Assembly: GCA_021811565.1 (NCBI GenBank)
Contig: JAJZOL010000106.1
Location: forward strand, 1-21,260
Length of the DNA stretch: 21,260 bases
Direction: 5' to 3'
From: a bacterium
Lineage (GTDB): Bacteria > Armatimonadota > Chthonomonadetes > Chthonomonadales > CAJBBX01
Under the pieces are notes generated by a model. That model was not told where the DNA came from and searched no databases. It saw only the letters and a list, made by a program, of their open reading frames with translations. A program made the position numbers and the translations under genes. Shown here piece by piece: positions 16,966 to 21,260 of the stretch (position 1 is the stretch's first letter; every line of letters begins with the position of its first letter).

Positions 16966-17040
16966 CCCTCATTCCTGGAAGCCATTATGCGTATGATCCC
17001 TGAATTTTGCAATTTGCTCATGGTATAATTCAATAATCAA
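16966..17040. repeat. intergenic repeat copy A (CCTCATTCCTGGAA ... CCTGAATTTTGCAATT ... CTCA ... TAATTCAATAATCAA), shared with 19176-19240
   Basis: Direct comparison of the two intergenic regions (see findings). Copy A carries a 25-nt internal insertion flanked by CCTG(G/A)A. Confidence 0.5.
17021..17029 (+). promoter_or_regulatory. extended -10 promoter element TGGTATAAT for the downstream orphan membrane-protein gene
   Basis: Perfect TATAAT preceded by TGG, about 120 nt before the ATG at 17148. It lies inside repeat copy A. Confidence 0.45.
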
Positions 17041-17147
17041 TCGCCAAGGGCGTTTTGCATTCCTTTGGCGGTTTTCTTTTACGGAGCAGGTCTCATTCCC
17101 GTATTAAATACGCATACAACGCAAATTTCATCACGAGGAAACCATCA

Positions 17148-18104
17148 ATGAGCAAACGCTCAGGGAAAACTGTCCGTCTGTTGGTCTCAGTGGCATTCGT
17201 CATCGTGGGTGGACTGATATCCGATCTTAACGTGGCGGCGTTCTGGAAACCTATCATACAGAACCTCGGTCTTTCCTTCATCGTTACCGGCGTGGTCAGC
17301 ATCTTTTACACGACATCCATTCTTCATTTGGAATCCGAAGAGGAGGGCGATGTCGTATCCGAAAAGGTGCTCGAGAAGCTTCAGAACCGACTGCCGATCA
17401 CCAACGGGATACGCATGGTCACTCACGCTCGAAAAGGGGCGGATGCATATTACTCGTGGATCACCGCTCCTGGCAATCCCGACCTGTTTTTCGCGGGGAG
17501 ATCTGTGCTGCATCGCATCGATTATGACATGAAACAGCGAGGGAAAGGATCCGCTGAAAAGGTTATCGCCGCGCGATTGAAAGCCGGGGCGACCATCAGA
17601 GTCCTGTTTTTGGACCCGCGCTCCTGCCTCATTGAACGCCTCGCCAAGGAATCCGGGCAGATGAAAGAGGCGATGCTCTCCGATATCGCCAACTCCCTAG
17701 GCATATGTCAGCGACTGTACGCTCAGTTTTTGAAAGGACATCGGTTCAGTTCACGCTCGCGACTGGAAATTCGGGTGTACGATGAGACGCCCTATTTCGC
17801 CTATCACAAACAGGATGACAAGGTGTTTGTTGGTTTTTATTTCATGAGCGGTCTCGGTCAGGACTCCGCGGCGTTCGAAACATTGGATTCCGAAACGCGC
17901 AAACTGTTCGGAGATCATTTCGCCACCATTTTCAGCTCCGCAAGCCGGCTCCTGGAACTCATCCCTCACAGAGCGGATCCTCTGATGGATTTACAGCTAA
18001 TGGAGGAGATGCGAACGGCGCTTGCTGAAACGCTGGGAGAAGAGCGCACAGCGCAAATCATGGGTGCATCCGGTGATAACTTACACAACAACCACACCGT
18101 ATAG
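17148..18104 (+). CDS. hypothetical membrane-anchored protein (2 TM helices plus a roughly 250-aa cytoplasmic domain of unrecognised family)
   Basis: ATG at 17148 preceded by GAGGAAA. Two hydrophobic helices ([17 protein letters not shown]; [20 protein letters not shown]) are followed by a soluble domain in which I cannot recognise any catalytic motif (no HKD, no GGDEF, no P-loop). It has its own promoter and a non-coding flank on each side. Confidence 0.5.
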   Translation: MSKRSGKTVRLLVSVAFVIVGGLISDLNVAAFWKPIIQNLGLSFIVTGVVSIFYTTSILHLESEEEGDVVSEKVLEKLQNRLPITNGIRMVTHARKGADAYYSWITAPGNPDLFFAGRSVLHRIDYDMKQRGKGSAEKVIAARLKAGATIRVLFLDPRSCLIERLAKESGQMKEAMLSDIANSLGICQRLYAQFLKGHRFSSRSRLEIRVYDETPYFAYHKQDDKVFVGFYFMSGLGQDSAAFETLDSETRKLFGDHFATIFSSASRLLELIPHRADPLMDLQLMEEMRTALAETLGEERTAQIMGASGDNLHNNHTV

Positions 18105-18238
18105 GAAATGAACCTTCAAGAAAACGAAGTCTTGGCGTCTGTCAATTCATTCCGACATCCGATTTTCAAAGGGGTGGAAGGATTGATTCCGCTTTTTCCG
18201 CAACGGGTGATAAAATATTAAAAAGTGATGGAGGATGC

Positions 18239-19009
18239 ATGCTCGCAAAACGAATTATCCCGTGCTTGGATGTCAAAGAGGGTCGGGTTGTGAAGGGAGT
18301 GAATTTTCTTAACCTTCGCGACGCAGGCGATCCCGTGGAGTTAGCCTCCCGATACGATCAGATGGGGGCGGACGAGCTTGTCTTTTTGGATATTACGGCA
18401 AGTCACGAGAAACGAGACATCATCTACGATGTGGCGGCAAGGGTGGCGGAGCAGGTTTTCATCCCATTCACTGTCGGCGGCGGCATTCGAACCACCGACG
18501 ATTTTCGTAAGATTCTCAAGGCGGGAGCGGACAAAGTCAGCGTAAACACCGCAGCCATACAGAGACCGGAGATTCTCACCGAGGCGGCGCGGCAATTTGG
18601 CAACCAGTGCGTGGTCGTGGCTATCGATCCCAAGCGAACTGGAACCTATACAAACGGCGCCCCCAAATGGGAGGTGTTCATCCACGGCGGACGAACTCCC
18701 ACTGGGGTTGATGCATTGGATTGGGCGCAGAGAGCGGAGGAGTTGGGAGCAGGCGAGATCCTTCTGACCAGCATGGACAGAGACGGCACCCAAGTGGGAT
18801 ACGATTTGGAGCTGACAAGTGCAGTGGCGAGCAGAGTGTCGATTCCCGTGATAGCCTCAGGCGGGGCGGGGACACCGCATCATTGCCTGGAGGCCCTTAC
18901 GGATGGGCAAGCGGATGCGGCGCTGATCGCTTCCATGGTTCATGATGGAACCTACACCATTCGGGAGATCAAGGACTATCTCCAAGCCAAAGGCGTTTGT
19001 GTAAGATAA
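18239..19009 (+). CDS. hisF: imidazole glycerol phosphate synthase cyclase subunit HisF
   Basis: [16 protein letters not shown]...[11 protein letters not shown]...PFTVGGGIR...VSVNTAA...VVVAIDPKR...GGAGT are the canonical HisF (beta/alpha)8 motifs. Confidence 0.9.
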   Translation: MLAKRIIPCLDVKEGRVVKGVNFLNLRDAGDPVELASRYDQMGADELVFLDITASHEKRDIIYDVAARVAEQVFIPFTVGGGIRTTDDFRKILKAGADKVSVNTAAIQRPEILTEAARQFGNQCVVVAIDPKRTGTYTNGAPKWEVFIHGGRTPTGVDALDWAQRAEELGAGEILLTSMDRDGTQVGYDLELTSAVASRVSIPVIASGGAGTPHHCLEALTDGQADAALIASMVHDGTYTIREIKDYLQAKGVCVR

Positions 19010-19175
19010 GAAGCAAACGCCAAATGGTTCGCTGAGCTTGCAATAAGCGTTTTTAAACTCATTTACAGGCTTTTCAGTTTAGTTTCAAATGCCAGCCTGC
19101 AATGGTGGTATTTTGACGACATTTAAAAACACAGGTAATTTCAAAATTCGTTTTCAGGTATTTAGCCGAGCGTGA

Positions 19176-19240
19176 AATGAGCGATAATAGCCTCATTTCC
19201 TGAATTTTGCAATTACCTCAACAATTAACTATCAACGGGC
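19176..19240. repeat. intergenic repeat copy B (GAAATGAG-loop-CTCATTTC hairpin plus CCTGAATTTTGCAATT ... CTCA ... CAATTAACTATCAA) in the hisF-hisI gap
   Basis: About 75% identical to copy A over 60-70 nt. Contains a perfect 8-bp inverted repeat, GAAATGAG/CTCATTTC, with a 10-nt loop. Confidence 0.5.
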
Positions 19241-19315
19241 TGTGCAGCACGCATTTCGGACGATTAACGTCCATACAGGCGTATCACACTCCTCTCCAAA
19301 CAGAAAGGGCGATCC

Positions 19316-19705
19316 TTGGAAGCGTTAAAAGATTTGAAGTTTGACGGAAACGGATTAATTCCGGCTGTTGTTCAGGATGCTGAAAACGGACAGGTGTTAA
19401 TGGTCGGATATATGAACCGTGAAGCGGTGGAACAGACCATCCTCACGAAAAAAGTGACATTTTGGAGTCGCTCCCGACAGAAATTTTGGATAAAGGGAGA
19501 GACGAGCGGTCATTTTCAGCATCTGAAAAGACTATACGTTGATTGCGACCAAGACTGTCTTCTAGCGGAGGTTGAGCAGGAAGGAGCGGCGTGCCATGAA
19601 GGCTATCGTTCCTGTTTCTTTCGAGAGGTGCAATCATCCGGAGAACGCCTGGAGATTATCGCCACTCAATTAAAAACGCCGGAAGAGATATACGGAAAAA
19701 AGTGA
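19316..19705 (+). CDS. hisI: phosphoribosyl-AMP cyclohydrolase HisI (monofunctional)
   Basis: GLIPAVVQD...[11 protein letters not shown]...[19 protein letters not shown]...DCDQDCLL...[11 protein letters not shown] match the HisI cyclohydrolase Zn/Mg-site motifs. TTG start at 19316 with GAAAGGG 6 nt upstream. 129 aa, with no HisE domain. Confidence 0.8.
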   Translation: MEALKDLKFDGNGLIPAVVQDAENGQVLMVGYMNREAVEQTILTKKVTFWSRSRQKFWIKGETSGHFQHLKRLYVDCDQDCLLAEVEQEGAACHEGYRSCFFREVQSSGERLEIIATQLKTPEEIYGKK

Positions 19706-19865
19706 TAAGATACATATCTCATTCCAATCGTTTCCGAATGTCATCCTGTTGCCGAAACAGAGTTCCGCATGCTTTTTCCCTCATGGAGTTTCATTCCAAG
19801 GTTCATGCGTGCCTTTCGAAGCAACTTAATGCAGTAAAAATCCAAACGTCTTCAGGGAGGCTCCA

Positions 19866-21260
19866 TTGCATCCATCATTTCAACGCACGATCGTTATACT
19901 GAGCGCATGCGCGCTTATTCTTTTGGGACTCCCTCCAAAGGGATACGCCGCCACAAAATATCCAGGCATTATGCCGATCACGGAAGTTCACGCGGGGATG
20001 ACGGGATACGGATTGACCGTTTTCCGTGGAACAACGATATCCAAATTCAGCGTCAAAGTGATCGGGGTCGTGAAAAAAGGCTCCATGGTCGTTCCGGGGC
20101 ATGATATGATCCTGGTTCGCATGTCTGGCGGCCCCATGACCACTCGGAAAGCGAACCTCATTCGCGGTATGAGCGGCAGTCCCGTCTACATTGACGGCAA
20201 GATCATCGGCGCATTCTCTCAAGGGGAGCCGATGTCCACGGAACCCTTGGGCGGCGTCACTCCAATTCAGGACATGCTCTCGGAATGGGATCCGCATCTC
20301 CCCACCAAACCGGTGGCTCTTCTCCCGAACAACCATACACAAACGATAGTTCTAAGCAAGCCTCTTTACGCAGGCTCAAGGAAAATCACTCGTATTGTTT
20401 ATAATGTTCCTCAGGACGAGCACATATTTTCACATGGAACCACCTTGGTGATGCATCCATGCACAACCTTTATGACATGTTCGGGCTTAACGGGGAATGC
20501 TTTCAACCATCTTAAAAAAATGATGTCGCGGTATAACGTGGACGTCGTGAAACAGGTGGCGGGCATGGGGATAAAAAAGAACTTCAAAGGCGCGGCGTTG
20601 GTTCCGGGAGCCTCATTCTCTATGATGCTCGCCACCGGCGACCTGTATGCCGGAGCGACAGGCACGGTAACTTATCGACTAGGCAACCGTATTCTTGGAT
20701 TCGGTCACCCCTTCATGGATATCGGGCCGATTGACGCTCCGATATGTTCCGCATATGTGTATGACGTTTATCCGCTGCTCGAAGGATCGTATAAAATAGC
20801 CAGCCCAGGTCCGATCGTGGGGGCTTCCGATCAGGATAGGAATTTCGCCGTAAGCGGATACATCGGCAGACAGCCTAAGATGATTCCCGTAACTGTGAAC
20901 GTTCAGGATCAGACCACAGGCCGCGCCAAGGTGTTTCATGTGCAGGTAATCAGACATCCCGACCTTTGGGCGGGATTGGTCAGTTCCGTAACGGAATCGG
21001 CGATTGATGAGATCCATAGCGAACCGGGTCCCACAGTAGCAAACGTCGTAACGACCGTGGATACCGATGGATACGGAGTGGTCACTCGCAAAAACATTTG
21101 TTACGATAGCCAAGCCATCGATGCAAGCGCAACCGATGATTTGGATAACATACTGGATATCCTCACCGCTAACCCCTTCCACCCGGTCTCGATAAAAAGC
21201 GCAAACATATCCGTGGTGATGCACAGCGCACACGATACCGCCGTTTTAAAACGGATATTT
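19866..21260 (+). CDS. secreted peptidase S55 (SpoIVB-like) family protein, 3'-partial (runs off the window)
   Basis: Open frame with no stop from the TTG at 19866 (SD AGGGAGG 5 nt upstream) to the window end, 465 codons. Signal peptide (ILSACALILLGLPPKGYAA). LIRGMSGSPVYIDGKIIGAF matches the SpoIVB catalytic-serine block [21 protein letters not shown]. A later GTVTYRLGNRILGFGHPF resembles the SpoIVB His block (GTMTFYHP...GALGHVI). Absent from the ORF track because it has no in-window stop. Confidence 0.7.
   Translation, partial: MHPSFQRTIVILSACALILLGLPPKGYAATKYPGIMPITEVHAGMTGYGLTVFRGTTISKFSVKVIGVVKKGSMVVPGHDMILVRMSGGPMTTRKANLIRGMSGSPVYIDGKIIGAFSQGEPMSTEPLGGVTPIQDMLSEWDPHLPTKPVALLPNNHTQTIVLSKPLYAGSRKITRIVYNVPQDEHIFSHGTTLVMHPCTTFMTCSGLTGNAFNHLKKMMSRYNVDVVKQVAGMGIKKNFKGAALVPGASFSMMLATGDLYAGATGTVTYRLGNRILGFGHPFMDIGPIDAPICSAYVYDVYPLLEGSYKIASPGPIVGASDQDRNFAVSGYIGRQPKMIPVTVNVQDQTTGRAKVFHVQVIRHPDLWAGLVSSVTESAIDEIHSEPGPTVANVVTTVDTDGYGVVTRKNICYDSQAIDASATDDLDNILDILTANPFHPVSIKSANISVVMHSAHDTAVLKRIF

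Noticed and set aside
19875-21233. Minus-strand ORFs 19875-20342, 20411-20665 and 20679-21233
   Set aside because: They tile the opposite strand of a continuous, stop-free 465-codon plus-strand frame with a clear S55 peptidase signature. The plus-strand gene is missing from the track only because its stop lies beyond the window.
1-21260. tRNA genes, CRISPR arrays, IS elements or integrases
   Set aside because: No T-loop consensus (GGTTCGAATCC-like) in cloverleaf context, no regularly spaced direct repeats, and no transposase/integrase-like ORFs were found on either strand.

Overview
This is a bacterial chromosomal window of about 50% GC with dense coding on both strands and no rRNA, tRNA, CRISPR or transposase/integrase signatures. 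There are 20 supportable CDS. Minus strand: QueE radical-SAM enzyme; a small Rieske protein translationally overlapping QueE; PHP-family histidinol phosphatase; an unlisted 45-aa zinc-ribbon protein; CobQ; and a membrane-anchored cyclophilin. Plus strand: Leu/Phe-tRNA protein transferase (aat); a large GT-C-like membrane protein; a GNAT acetyltransferase; a secreted beta-helix protein; an SPFH/stomatin protein; a transaldolase with a C-terminal extension; a zinc-ribbon/4-TM protein; three consecutive Ppx/GppA genes (one copy split into separate ATPase and HD genes, then an intact copy); an orphan membrane-anchored protein of unknown family; HisF; HisI; and an S55 (SpoIVB-like) peptidase that runs off the 3' end of the window and is therefore absent from the ORF track. 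Several intrinsic terminators and sigma70-like promoters can be read directly. The most unusual non-coding signals are (i) a roughly 500-nt GC-rich region with no ORF, bracketed by a good promoter and a strong terminator at 1562-2089 (candidate structured ncRNA of unknown class), and (ii) a 60-80 nt sequence shared between two intergenic regions upstream of unrelated plus-strand genes. All family assignments are from motif-level reading of the translations. No database search was run.
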